This document shows positions 15,051-23,671 of a DNA stretch of 36,260 nucleotides, in pieces. The stretch covers positions 1-36,260 of the forward strand of contig JANLYK010000292.1 of NCBI GenBank assembly GCA_031365595.1, read 5' to 3'. The position numbers and the translations under genes were made by a program. Positions within the stretch are counted from its first letter, which is position 1. Each line of letters opens with the position of its first letter. The notes beneath the pieces were generated by a model. That model did not search any database. It was not told the DNA's origin and worked only from the letters and a program-made list of their open reading frames with translations. The DNA comes from Chloroflexota bacterium. Its GTDB lineage: Bacteria; Chloroflexota; Limnocylindria; Limnocylindrales; CSP1-4.

Positions 15051-15947
15051 GTGTCCGTGACCGTCATCGGCCAGACGAAACTCGCCTCGCGGGTCCGCGA
15101 AGAGGTCCGCGAGCGGATCCGCGACGGGCGGTTCCCCGACGGCGTCCAGCTTCCGCCCGAGATCGAGCTTGCGCTGTCCCTCGGCGTGAGCCGGACGACC
15201 GTTCGTGACGCGCTCCTGCAGCTCGAGCAGGAGGGTCTCGTGATCCGGCGCCACGGCCACGGCACGTTCGTCCGGTCCAGCGCGCGCCTGCGCGGCAGTC
15301 TCAACGCGAATCTGAGTGCGACCGAGGTCATCCGCTCGCACGGGATGGAGCCCGGCACGAGCCACGCCCGGATCGACCGCCGGACACCTCCGCCGGCGGT
15401 CGCCCAGCAGCTCCGGCTCGGGGAGGCCGACGTCGTGATCCACCTCGAGCGGGTCAGGACGGCTGACGGCCGGCCCGTGATCTTCACGATCGACATGATG
15501 CCCGCCCGCCTTTTCGCGGATGCAGGGGTCGATCCCGCAGTCCTGCTCGACCCGGCTCTCTCGCTCTACCGCCTGTACGCAGAGCGACTCGGGCGGTCGA
15601 TCACCGACGGCCAGGCGGCCATTCGCCTGACTCGTGCTGACGAACTCGCCGCCGCCCGACTGGCGATGCCCGTCGGCAGCCCGATCCTGCAGCTCGAGCA
15701 GGTCGACGCCACGGCCGAGGGCGAGCCCGTGCTGTTCTCGGTCGAATCGTACGTCGCCGACACGTTCGAATTCAGCGTCCATCGACGAGGCCCGGCGCTC
15801 GATGCCGTGCCCTCCCGGGCGAGCCCGACCGGTCGGGCGCCTGAGGCACGAGAACTCAACGTAGCCCGACGAGGGCCGCACCGACCCGAGGACCCGGCCG
15901 GCGGCCAAGCGCACCACGAGATCCGTTCGATCACCGCCAACCAATGA
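15051..15947 (+). CDS. GntR family transcriptional regulator, HutC/UTRA subfamily (with about 50 aa low-complexity C-terminal tail)
   Basis: GTG 15051 after GAGGAA (15041-15046). HTH LPPEIELALSLGVSRTTVRDALLQLEQEGLVIRRHGHGTFV plus a UTRA-like domain. The tail begins after the HRRGP block, where the other two paralogs end. Confidence 0.85.
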   Translation: MSVTVIGQTKLASRVREEVRERIRDGRFPDGVQLPPEIELALSLGVSRTTVRDALLQLEQEGLVIRRHGHGTFVRSSARLRGSLNANLSATEVIRSHGMEPGTSHARIDRRTPPPAVAQQLRLGEADVVIHLERVRTADGRPVIFTIDMMPARLFADAGVDPAVLLDPALSLYRLYAERLGRSITDGQAAIRLTRADELAAARLAMPVGSPILQLEQVDATAEGEPVLFSVESYVADTFEFSVHRRGPALDAVPSRASPTGRAPEARELNVARRGPHRPEDPAGGQAHHEIRSITANQ

Positions 15948-16016
15948 TCCGTACGAAGAGAAATCCATCATCAGCGGCGGCGAAGCACCGCACCATCGAC
16001 ATCTGGAGGAGGACGA

Positions 16017-17159
16017 ATGCAGCGACGACTCACGCGCCTCGGAGCGCTGGGGCTCACCCTGATCCTCGTGGGGGCATGCGGCAGCACCGCGTCGCCGGCC
16101 GCGAGCACGGGGACCGGTGGCTCGGCGGCGCCGAGCCAGGACGCGGCGGCGATCATCGCCGACCTCGAGGCCAAGACCAAGGCTGAAGGCGCGCTGAACA
16201 GCTACGGCATGCCGCCCGACTGGACGAACTTCGAGGAGATCTGGAACACCTTCCTGCCGAAGTACGGCTCCGCGCCGGGCACCCCGCTGACCCATACCGA
16301 CACCGACATGTCGAGCGCGGAGGAGATCCAGAAGTTCGACGCGGAGAAGAACAACCCGGTCGCCGACATCGGTGACATCGGGATCCAGTTCGGCCCGGTC
16401 GCGGTTGCCGCCGGCGCGGTTGCCGCCTACAAGCCCACCCGCTGGGACAAGATCCCGGACTACGCCAAGGACCCTGACGGCTACTGGATGTGCTGGTACA
16501 CCGGCACGGTCTCGTTCGCCGTGAACACGGCCCTCGTGAAGAACGTCCCCCGCACGTGGGCGGACCTGCTCAAGCCCGAGTACAAGGGCCAGGTCGCGAT
16601 CAGCGACCCGCGCAACTCCGGCCAGGGCGCGATGACCGTCCTCGCCGCGACGTTCGCCAACGGCGGGAGCGAGAAGGACCTCGCCCCCGGCTTCACCTAC
16701 TTCGACAACCTGAACAAGGCCGGCAACTTCACCGCGGTCGCGCCGAGCAAGGCCAATGTCGAGAAGGGCGAGGCCCCGATCGCCATCCTCTGGGACTACA
16801 ACGCCCTCCCGATGCGGGACGACCTCGCGACCAAGTCGCCGGCCGTGCCGATCGAGGTGGTCATCCCGAGTGACGGGACCACCCAGGCCCCGTACTGCCA
16901 CATCATCAACAAGTACGCGGCGCACCCGAACGCCGCCAAGCTCTTCCGCGAGTTCATCCTCACGGACGAGGTCCAGATCATGCAGGCCAAGAAGTACGCT
17001 CGGCCGCTCGTGGAGGGCGTCGTGCTCCCGGCCGATGTCGCCGCCAAGTTCCCGCCGGATTCGGCCTACGCCTCGGTCAAGCCGATCACCGACTGGAAGG
17101 CCGCAGCCGCGGCCGTTGCCAAGCTCGCGACCGACTGGGCCATCGAGGTCGGCACCTAG
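16017..17159 (+). CDS. ABC transporter substrate-binding lipoprotein (family 1, PotD/AfuA-like)
   Basis: ATG 16017 after GGAGGAGGA. Lipoprotein signal RLGALGLTLILVGAC with Cys at residue 21. Size and composition fit a periplasmic binding protein. Followed by two permease genes. Confidence 0.8.
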   Translation: MQRRLTRLGALGLTLILVGACGSTASPAASTGTGGSAAPSQDAAAIIADLEAKTKAEGALNSYGMPPDWTNFEEIWNTFLPKYGSAPGTPLTHTDTDMSSAEEIQKFDAEKNNPVADIGDIGIQFGPVAVAAGAVAAYKPTRWDKIPDYAKDPDGYWMCWYTGTVSFAVNTALVKNVPRTWADLLKPEYKGQVAISDPRNSGQGAMTVLAATFANGGSEKDLAPGFTYFDNLNKAGNFTAVAPSKANVEKGEAPIAILWDYNALPMRDDLATKSPAVPIEVVIPSDGTTQAPYCHIINKYAAHPNAAKLFREFILTDEVQIMQAKKYARPLVEGVVLPADVAAKFPPDSAYASVKPITDWKAAAAAVAKLATDWAIEVGT

Positions 17160-17186
17160 TCAGCTCCTCCTCAACTGCGGGGCCTC

Positions 17187-17215
17187 CGCGCCCGTCGCCT
17201 CCGGCGGCGGGCGCG
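17187..17215 (+). other. Intercistronic GC-rich stem-loop between the binding-protein and permease genes
   Basis: Arm CGCGCCCGTCGCC (17187-17199), loop TCC, arm GGCGGCGGGCGCG (17203-17215). This gives 13 pairs including one G-U. No T-tract follows. Confidence 0.5.
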
Positions 17216-17244
17216 TCCCGCGCTCCAGCACCTGAGGTGAACCA

Positions 17245-18105
17245 GTGACCTTCTCGAGCCGGTCGATCAGCCGGATCGGACTGCTTCTCGCGTTCGCCCC
17301 GTTCCTGATCTTCAGCACGATGTTCATGCTTATACCGGTCCTGGCCTTGCTCCTCGGGAGCGTCGGGGGCGTCGAGCGGCTCAGCCTGGAGTGGATCGCC
17401 AAAGTCTTCACGAACGCGACGTTCCAGCGCTCGATCTGGAACTCGCTCCTGCTGTCCGTGATCAGCTCGATCGGCGGCGCCATCATCGGCACCGCCATCG
17501 GGTACGCGATCATCCGAACGAAGCGGCCCCGCGCTCGGCGAGCCCTGACCGCCCTCGCGACGGTGAGCGCGAACGCCGGTGGCGTCTCGCTCGGCTTCGC
17601 CTTCATCACGATCCTCGGCGCCGCGGGGATGATCACGATCCTCCTGCGCACGTTCGGGATCGACCTGCTGTCCTTCTTCTCGATCTACTCGGTGATCGGG
17701 CTGATGGTCGTCTACCTGTATTTCCAGGTCCCGTTGATGATCATCCTGATGCTGCCCGCGTTCGCCGGCCTCCGGCGGGACTGGTCGGAGGCGTCCGACT
17801 CGCTGGGCGGCGACGGCCGCGACTTCTGGCGCCGGATCGGGATCCCGGTCCTCATGCCGTCCATCGTGGCCGGGACCGTGCTCCTGTTCGTCAGCTCGAT
17901 GGGTGCGTACGCGACCGCCCAGGCCTTGATCGGCAGCCGGATCAACCTGATGACCATCCAGATCTCGATCCTGCGCCGCGGCGAGATCCTGTACCAGCCC
18001 GCCCAGGCCGACGCAATGGCCGTCGTCCTGCTCCTGATCGTCGCCGTGTCGGTTCTTGCCTACCACGTCATCCAGCGCCGAGCCCAGAGGTGGATCGAGG
18101 CATGA
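17245..18105 (+). CDS. ABC transporter permease (PotB/PotC-like)
   Basis: GTG 17245 after GAGGTGA. Six hydrophobic segments. EAA-type loop SEASDSLGGDGRDFWRRIGIPVLMPS. Confidence 0.8.
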   Translation: MTFSSRSISRIGLLLAFAPFLIFSTMFMLIPVLALLLGSVGGVERLSLEWIAKVFTNATFQRSIWNSLLLSVISSIGGAIIGTAIGYAIIRTKRPRARRALTALATVSANAGGVSLGFAFITILGAAGMITILLRTFGIDLLSFFSIYSVIGLMVVYLYFQVPLMIILMLPAFAGLRRDWSEASDSLGGDGRDFWRRIGIPVLMPSIVAGTVLLFVSSMGAYATAQALIGSRINLMTIQISILRRGEILYQPAQADAMAVVLLLIVAVSVLAYHVIQRRAQRWIEA

Positions 18106-18965
18106 GCATCACCAGCGACGCCCCGGCCTCCTTCGTCGATCGGCCGGTCGCGCGACCGCGCCGCGGCGGATCGGAGCTCGGCTTCACGCTCCTCTTCGTC
18201 CTGTTCACGGCGTACATGCTCGTGCCCCTGTTCGGGGTCTTCCTGTTCTCGATCGCGACGACCTGGTTCGACACGATCCTGCCGGTCGGCTACACGCTCG
18301 AGCACTTCTTCGAGACGGTGAACGATCCCCTGTTCATCCCGACCGTCGGCCGCTCCCTGATCGCCTCCATCGCGACGATCGTCGTGAGCGTCATCCTGAT
18401 GACCCCGGTCGTGTACCTGCTCCACGTGGCCGCGCCCCGACTCCGCCCCGTCGTCGAGTTCCTGTCGCTCCTGCCGTTCGCGCTGCCGACGATCGTCCTG
18501 GCCCTGTCCCTCATCCGGACCTACTCGGAGCCGCCGATCGTCCTCTCGGGAACCCCCACGCTGCTGATCCTGGCCTACGTCGTGACGGGGCTGCCGTTCA
18601 TGTATCGCGGCCTCGACAACAGTCTACGGGCCATCGACACGAAGAACCTGAGCGATGCCTCCGCGACGCTCGGCGCCTCCCGCTGGACCACCCTGCGGCG
18701 GGTGATCCTGCCGAACATCTCGACCGGCATCGTCGCGGGCGCCCTCCTCGTGTTCTCCGTCTCCTTCGGCGAGTTCACGCTGTCGTCGTTCATCGTCGGC
18801 GACGCGTGGAAGACGTCCGGCGTCTGGACGGTGGCGATCTGGGACGACCAGCCCCACAAGACCACCGTCATGGTGATGATCGGGTTCGCGATCAGCTGGT
18901 TGATCTCGCTGATCATCCTGTTCGCGTTCGCGAAGCGAGCCACGGTCGAAGTCGGCCAGCGCTGA
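18102..18965 (+). CDS. ABC transporter permease (PotB/PotC-like)
   Basis: ATG 18102 in an ATGA overlap with the upstream stop. The 17391 ORF-track start is an upstream extension in an open frame. EAA-type loop SDASATLGASRWTTLRRVILPNISTG. Confidence 0.8.
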   Translation: MSITSDAPASFVDRPVARPRRGGSELGFTLLFVLFTAYMLVPLFGVFLFSIATTWFDTILPVGYTLEHFFETVNDPLFIPTVGRSLIASIATIVVSVILMTPVVYLLHVAAPRLRPVVEFLSLLPFALPTIVLALSLIRTYSEPPIVLSGTPTLLILAYVVTGLPFMYRGLDNSLRAIDTKNLSDASATLGASRWTTLRRVILPNISTGIVAGALLVFSVSFGEFTLSSFIVGDAWKTSGVWTVAIWDDQPHKTTVMVMIGFAISWLISLIILFAFAKRATVEVGQR

Positions 18966-19011
18966 GGTCGCCAGTCGATGGGCCGGGACGGCGTGCCATG
19001 ATGGACGGGCA

Positions 19012-19785
19012 ATGCCCAAACCCCCCGCTGACCCGGACCGCCGCATGACCGCAACGCACGGGCGACTGTTGCTTGCCGACGTCGTTCGGCGGGAGCTGAA
19101 ACGGCTCATCCTCGGCGGTGAGTTCCCCCTGGGCTCGAAGCTGCCCAACGAGGACCGCCTGTGCGAGCGGTTCGGGGTCAGCCGGGTCACGATCCGCGAG
19201 GCGGTCCGCGGCCTGATCGAGGACGGCCTGGTCGTGCGTCGCCACGGCTCGGGGACGTACGTCACGCGCCGGCCCCTCATCCGGAACTCGCTGGACGTGA
19301 ACTTCAGCTACACCGATCACTTCCAGGAGTCGGGCTTCCGGCCCGGGCGGCGGCTGCTCGGCGTCAAGCGGATCCAGGCCGACGCCGACCTGGCGGAGTC
19401 GTTCGGCATCGCCGTCGGCACGCCGCTCCTCGAGGTCCGCCGGATCCGGACGGCCGACGGCCGGCCGGCCATCTACTCGATCGACCGCCTGCCGGACGGC
19501 TTGATCGACCCGACGGTCGAGCGAGCCGCGTTCGGCCGATCGCTCTACCGCCTGCTCACCGCCGCCGGCCACCCGATCGCCCACGCCGAGGCCGTCCTCA
19601 TCCCGGCCGTCGCCGACAAGGAGCTGGCCCACCTGCTCGACGTGTCGCTCGGGACGCCGATCCAGCACCTCCGCCAGACCGACTACGACGACGCGGGCCG
19701 GCTGATGATGGTCTCGGACGAGTGGCACGTCACCTCGGTCATCGAGCTGCGGGTGTACCGCCGAGGGCCCGGACCGGTCGACTGA
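19012..19785 (+). CDS. GntR family transcriptional regulator, HutC/UTRA subfamily
   Basis: HTH LPNEDRLCERFGVSRVTIREAVRGLIEDGLVVRRHGSGTYV plus a UTRA-like domain. ATG 19012 is kept because codons 19012-19044 are G/C-rich at third positions. ATG 19045 is an alternative. Confidence 0.85.
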   Translation: MPKPPADPDRRMTATHGRLLLADVVRRELKRLILGGEFPLGSKLPNEDRLCERFGVSRVTIREAVRGLIEDGLVVRRHGSGTYVTRRPLIRNSLDVNFSYTDHFQESGFRPGRRLLGVKRIQADADLAESFGIAVGTPLLEVRRIRTADGRPAIYSIDRLPDGLIDPTVERAAFGRSLYRLLTAAGHPIAHAEAVLIPAVADKELAHLLDVSLGTPIQHLRQTDYDDAGRLMMVSDEWHVTSVIELRVYRRGPGPVD

Positions 19786-19839
19786 GTAAAGGGTGCCACC
19801 TCGAGGAGGGTTTGAACTCCCGCGCCGAACCAGTTCGGC

Positions 19840-19886
19840 TTGACGAGGTCTGACGCCGCCCGTACGATGAGTCATATTACGACTCT
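19840..19886 (+). promoter_or_regulatory. Promoter/operator-like region upstream of FGGY kinase 2
   Basis: TTGACG 19840-19845, 17-nt spacer containing GTCTGAC (19848-19854), TACGAT 19863-19868, then box TATTACGACTC 19875-19885. Confidence 0.4.
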
Positions 19887-21378
19887 CGGTCTTGGAGGCT
19901 CTGCCATCTACGTCGTCGGCTGCGATGTCGGGACCCAGTCGACGAAGGCGATCCTCCTCGACGATCAGGGCGTGACGGCGGGCCGCGCGGCACGCACCTA
20001 CCTCACCAGCCACCCGGCCGCCGGCTGGGCCGAGCAGCAGCCACGCGATTGGCTCGACGCCACCCGCGGAGCGATCGGGGACGTGATGCGGGAGGCGGGC
20101 GTCGGTCCGTCGGAGATCGCGGCCATCGGGATCGCGGCCCAGGTGGATGGGATCGTGGCGGTCGACCGGTCGAACCGGGCCCTGGCGCCCGCGCCGATCT
20201 GGATGGATCGTCGCGCGACCGCGGAAGTGCGCGCTGCGACCGACCGCGTCGGCGCCGCTGCGATCTTCGCGATCAGCGGCGCGAATGCCGATCCCTCGCA
20301 CGGCGCGCCCAAGATCGCGTGGCTGCGAGATCACGTCGACGTTCGGCCGGACGCCTACCTGCCGCCGGCCGCGTTCGTCGTCGCCCACCTGACGGGACGG
20401 CGTGTGCTCGACCGCGCGAACGCGTCCTCGCTCCTCCTCCTCGACGTTGCCGGGGGCTCGTGGTCCCCGACGCTGCTGGAGGCATTCGGGATCGATCCGG
20501 GCGCGCTGGGCGAGATCCTCCCTGCGACGGCCGTGGCCGGGACGGTCCGGCCCGAGGTGGCCGCGGACTGGGGCTTGCCGGCCTGCCCGGTGGTCGTCGG
20601 GACGGGCGACGAGCATGCTGCGTGCCTTGCGGCCGGGATCCTCGAGCCGGGGACGATCGGCGATATCGTGGGAACGGCCGAGCCCGTCGCCGCCGCGAGC
20701 CGGACGCCCGTCCGCGATCCCGAGGGCCTTGTCGAGACACATGCCCACGTCCCGCCCGATCGTTGGCTCATCGAGCACCCGGGGTTCGTGTCGGCGGGCA
20801 GCGTTCGCTGGCTGGCCGATGTCCTCGGCTGCGGCCAGGCGGAGATCGGTCGGCTCGCGGCCGAGGCTCCACCCGGATCCGGCGGCGTCCGGTTCCAGCC
20901 GGCTCTCGGCGGGGCATCCACGCCGCGCTGGAACGCCGACGTCTTCGCGGCATTCACGGGCCTCGGCATCGGTCACGATCGGCGACACCTCGCGCGGGCC
21001 GTCATCGAAGGCTGCTGTTTCGCCGTCCGTGACATCGTCGAACGGCTGGAGCGGCTCGGCCTCGGCGCCGACACGATCCGCGTCGTCGGCGGCGGCGCGA
21101 AGGACCGGACCTGGCTCCAGGCCAAGGCCGACGTCACCGGGCGAGCGGTCGAGCTCCTCGTCGAGCCGGAGGCCACGGCCCTGGGCGCTGCGCTCATCGC
21201 CGCGGTCGGGATCGGCTGGTTCGGGGACCTCGATGCCGCGGCGACGACGACGCTCCGAGTCGATGGGGTCCGGTTCGAGCCGGACCGATCGCTCGCCGGC
21301 CGATACGACGACGGCTGGGCGGCGTACCGGGCGACATTCGACGCCCTCGAGCCGCTCGCGGTCGGGAGGGGTGCGTGA
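19867..21378 (+). CDS. FGGY family carbohydrate kinase (xylulokinase/ribulokinase-like), paralog 2
   Basis: Conserved N-terminal strand YVVGCDVGTQSTKAI, then AAGWAEQQPRDW, IWMDRRA, GTGDEHAACLAAG, VGGGAK. The start is ambiguous between ATG 19867, TTG 19840 and a possible non-canonical ATC 19906 (see findings). Confidence 0.8.
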   Translation: MSHITTLGLGGSAIYVVGCDVGTQSTKAILLDDQGVTAGRAARTYLTSHPAAGWAEQQPRDWLDATRGAIGDVMREAGVGPSEIAAIGIAAQVDGIVAVDRSNRALAPAPIWMDRRATAEVRAATDRVGAAAIFAISGANADPSHGAPKIAWLRDHVDVRPDAYLPPAAFVVAHLTGRRVLDRANASSLLLLDVAGGSWSPTLLEAFGIDPGALGEILPATAVAGTVRPEVAADWGLPACPVVVGTGDEHAACLAAGILEPGTIGDIVGTAEPVAAASRTPVRDPEGLVETHAHVPPDRWLIEHPGFVSAGSVRWLADVLGCGQAEIGRLAAEAPPGSGGVRFQPALGGASTPRWNADVFAAFTGLGIGHDRRHLARAVIEGCCFAVRDIVERLERLGLGADTIRVVGGGAKDRTWLQAKADVTGRAVELLVEPEATALGAALIAAVGIGWFGDLDAAATTTLRVDGVRFEPDRSLAGRYDDGWAAYRATFDALEPLAVGRGA

Positions 21379-22838
21379 GCGCGCCGCACCATGTCGACCC
21401 GACGGACCTCGACGCGGTCCGTCGCGCAGTCGGGCTGGACGATCCGTCCTCGTCGCTCGGCCCGGTTGGCATGCGTCGGATCGTCATCGGAAGGGATGCG
21501 CTCGACGAGCTCCCGCAGCTCGTGGGCAGCGTCCGAGGGCCGGGACCGATCGCGCTGGTCGTCGACGACACGCCCATGCGTCGCGGCCCCGATGACCTCA
21601 AGGCCCTCGTTGCGGCTCGTCTCGGCGCGGTCGACCCCGCCGCAGGCCTCCACGTCGTCCGTCTCCCATCGGGCGCCGATGGGCTGCATGCGGACGCTGC
21701 CGCGATCCGGGAGGTCGTGTCCGGCGCTGGAGGCACGGGCTGTGTCGTCGCCGTCGGGTCGGGCACGATCTGCGACATCGCCAAGGAGGCGAGCCGCGAG
21801 CTCGACGCGCCCTTCGTGGTGGTCCAGACCGCCAACTCGGTCAACGCCTTCTCCGACGACATGGCGGTCCTCCTGATCAACGGCGTGAAGCGGACGATGC
21901 CGTCCCGCTGGCCCGACGTCCTCCTGATCGACCTGACCGTGCTCGCCGACGCTCCGGCCGCGCTCAACCGGGCGGGGGTGGGGGAGCTGGCCGCGATGTT
22001 CACCGCGCCGGCCGACTGGCGGCTCGCCGAGGCGCTCGGGATGGACGGGACCTGGGACCGCCGGGTCGTCGACCTGTTCCGGGACGGCGCGACGGCGCTG
22101 CTCGGGGCCGCACCCGCGGCAACGTCGGGCGATCTCGGAGCCCAGCGCACGCTCGCCGAGCTCATGACGCTGAGCGGCCTCGCTCTCGGCATCGCGGGCC
22201 GGACATCGCCGATCTCGGGCACGGAGCACACGGTCAGCCACCTTCTCGATATGGCCGCCGCAGCCGACGGTCGCCAGGCCGGCCTCCATGGCGCCCAGGT
22301 CGGCGTTGCCGCCCTCGCCGTGGCCGTGGCCTGGGAGCGGTTCCTGGCAACGTTCGACCCTCGCCTGCTGCTCACCGCCCGGCAGCCCGCGCCGGCCGCG
22401 ATGCACGCGCGGATTGTTCGTGCGTTTCGTGCGCTCGATCCATCTGGTGCGGTGGCCGAGGAGTGCTGGTCCGAGTATCGCCAGAAGCTCGAGCGCTGGA
22501 ACGCGGCCCGCGCCGGTCTCCCGGCCGTGATCGAGCGCTGGCCCGAGATTCGGGCGGACCTCGCGAGCCTGCTCGGGACGCCGGTCGCGATCGCCGCCGC
22601 GCTCCGATCCGCAGGGGCGAGTGCGACCTTCGAGGAGCTGGACCCCGGGGCCACCCGCGACGACGCCGTGTGGGCGCTGTTCAACGGTCACCTGATCCGG
22701 AACCGGTTCACGCTCGCCGACCTGGCCTGGTTCGCCGGGCAGTGGACGGCCGACGCGGCGGCAGCGGCCATCGACGAGGCCGCAGCCATCGCCCGCGCGG
22801 CTGCGCGACCCGAACCCGTCCCCGGCGCCGCGTCATGA
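21375..22838 (+). CDS. sn-Glycerol-1-phosphate dehydrogenase-like protein (AraM/EgsA, Fe-ADH/DHQS-like superfamily) with C-terminal extension
   Basis: GTG 21375 in a GTGA overlap after GGGAGGGG. Blocks AVGSGTICDIAKEAS, VVVQTANSVNAFSDD, DLTVLADAPAALNRAGVGELAAMFTAPADWRLA, SGTEHTVSHLLD resemble G1PDH/GldA family blocks. Confidence 0.6.
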   Translation: MSAPHHVDPTDLDAVRRAVGLDDPSSSLGPVGMRRIVIGRDALDELPQLVGSVRGPGPIALVVDDTPMRRGPDDLKALVAARLGAVDPAAGLHVVRLPSGADGLHADAAAIREVVSGAGGTGCVVAVGSGTICDIAKEASRELDAPFVVVQTANSVNAFSDDMAVLLINGVKRTMPSRWPDVLLIDLTVLADAPAALNRAGVGELAAMFTAPADWRLAEALGMDGTWDRRVVDLFRDGATALLGAAPAATSGDLGAQRTLAELMTLSGLALGIAGRTSPISGTEHTVSHLLDMAAAADGRQAGLHGAQVGVAALAVAVAWERFLATFDPRLLLTARQPAPAAMHARIVRAFRALDPSGAVAEECWSEYRQKLERWNAARAGLPAVIERWPEIRADLASLLGTPVAIAAALRSAGASATFEELDPGATRDDAVWALFNGHLIRNRFTLADLAWFAGQWTADAAAAAIDEAAAIARAAARPEPVPGAAS

Positions 22839-23671
22839 CCGCTCGTCCCGTGGACGGCGACCCCCGGCTGCGCCGACCGGACCGCGTCTACCCGGGCTAT
22901 GTCCTCGACCTCGACGGAACCGTCTATCTCGGGTCCGAGCCGTTGCCGGGCGCCGTCGAAGCGATCGCTGCGCTGTACGCCCTCGGCAGCCGCGTCGTGT
23001 TCCTGTCGAACAATCCTCTCGAACGATCGACGACGTATGCCGCGCGACTGCGGGCGATGGGCGTGGCCGTCGATGACGGCGACGTGGTGACCTCGATCGA
23101 CGCGCTGATCGGCTATCTCCGGCAGCGGCCTCCCGTCCGCATTCTCGCGATTGCCGAGGAGCTCGTCCAGGACGAGCTCCGGACCGCCGGCCACGAGCTG
23201 ACCGACGATCCGCGTGGCGCCGATGCCGTGGTGGTCTCGTGGGACCGGACGTTCACCTACGAGAAGCTCCAGCGGGCGTTCACCGCCGTCCGCAATGGCG
23301 CTCGCCTGATCGCGACGAACGCGGATCCGTACTGCCCGACGCCCGACGGCGGCATGCCCGACTGCGGCGCCCTCCTGGCCGCGATCGAGGTGTCCACCGG
23401 GATCGCGGCCGAGGTGGTGGTCGGCAAGCCGTCGGCCCACATCGCCCGAGTCGCCCTGGAACGACTCGGCCTGCCGGCGGGTGAGGTCGTGATGGTCGGC
23501 GATCGACTCCTGACCGACCTCGCGCTGGCCCGCTCGGCCGGCATGGTCGGGGCGCTCGTCCTGACCGGCGCGACCCGGCTCGACGACCTGGCCGGGGCAC
23601 CCGAGCCGGACCTCGTCATCGAGGGCCTCGACCAGCTCGTTCCCGACCAACCGAAGCGGAGCCCCCAATGA
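22835..23671 (+). CDS. HAD-IIA family sugar phosphatase (NagD/AraL-like)
   Basis: ATG 22835 in an ATGA overlap. The 22463 ORF-track start is an open-frame extension. Motifs LDLDGTVYLG (I), FLSNN (II), VVGKP (III), MVGDRLLTDL (IV). Confidence 0.75.
   Translation: MTARPVDGDPRLRRPDRVYPGYVLDLDGTVYLGSEPLPGAVEAIAALYALGSRVVFLSNNPLERSTTYAARLRAMGVAVDDGDVVTSIDALIGYLRQRPPVRILAIAEELVQDELRTAGHELTDDPRGADAVVVSWDRTFTYEKLQRAFTAVRNGARLIATNADPYCPTPDGGMPDCGALLAAIEVSTGIAAEVVVGKPSAHIARVALERLGLPAGEVVMVGDRLLTDLALARSAGMVGALVLTGATRLDDLAGAPEPDLVIEGLDQLVPDQPKRSPQ

Noticed and set aside
15780-15947. C-terminal tail of about 50 aa on GntR gene 2 as a separate small gene or a frameshift
   Set aside because: There is no internal start with an RBS and no frame change is needed. 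It is most simply a disordered extension caused by a late stop codon, and not informative enough to report as a finding.
14997-22691. Long antisense ORFs 14997-16925 (642 aa), 18913-20988 (691 aa) and 20973-22691 (572 aa)
   Set aside because: Each spans several well-supported plus-strand genes and their intergenic regions and has low-complexity composition. This is not compatible with real genes.
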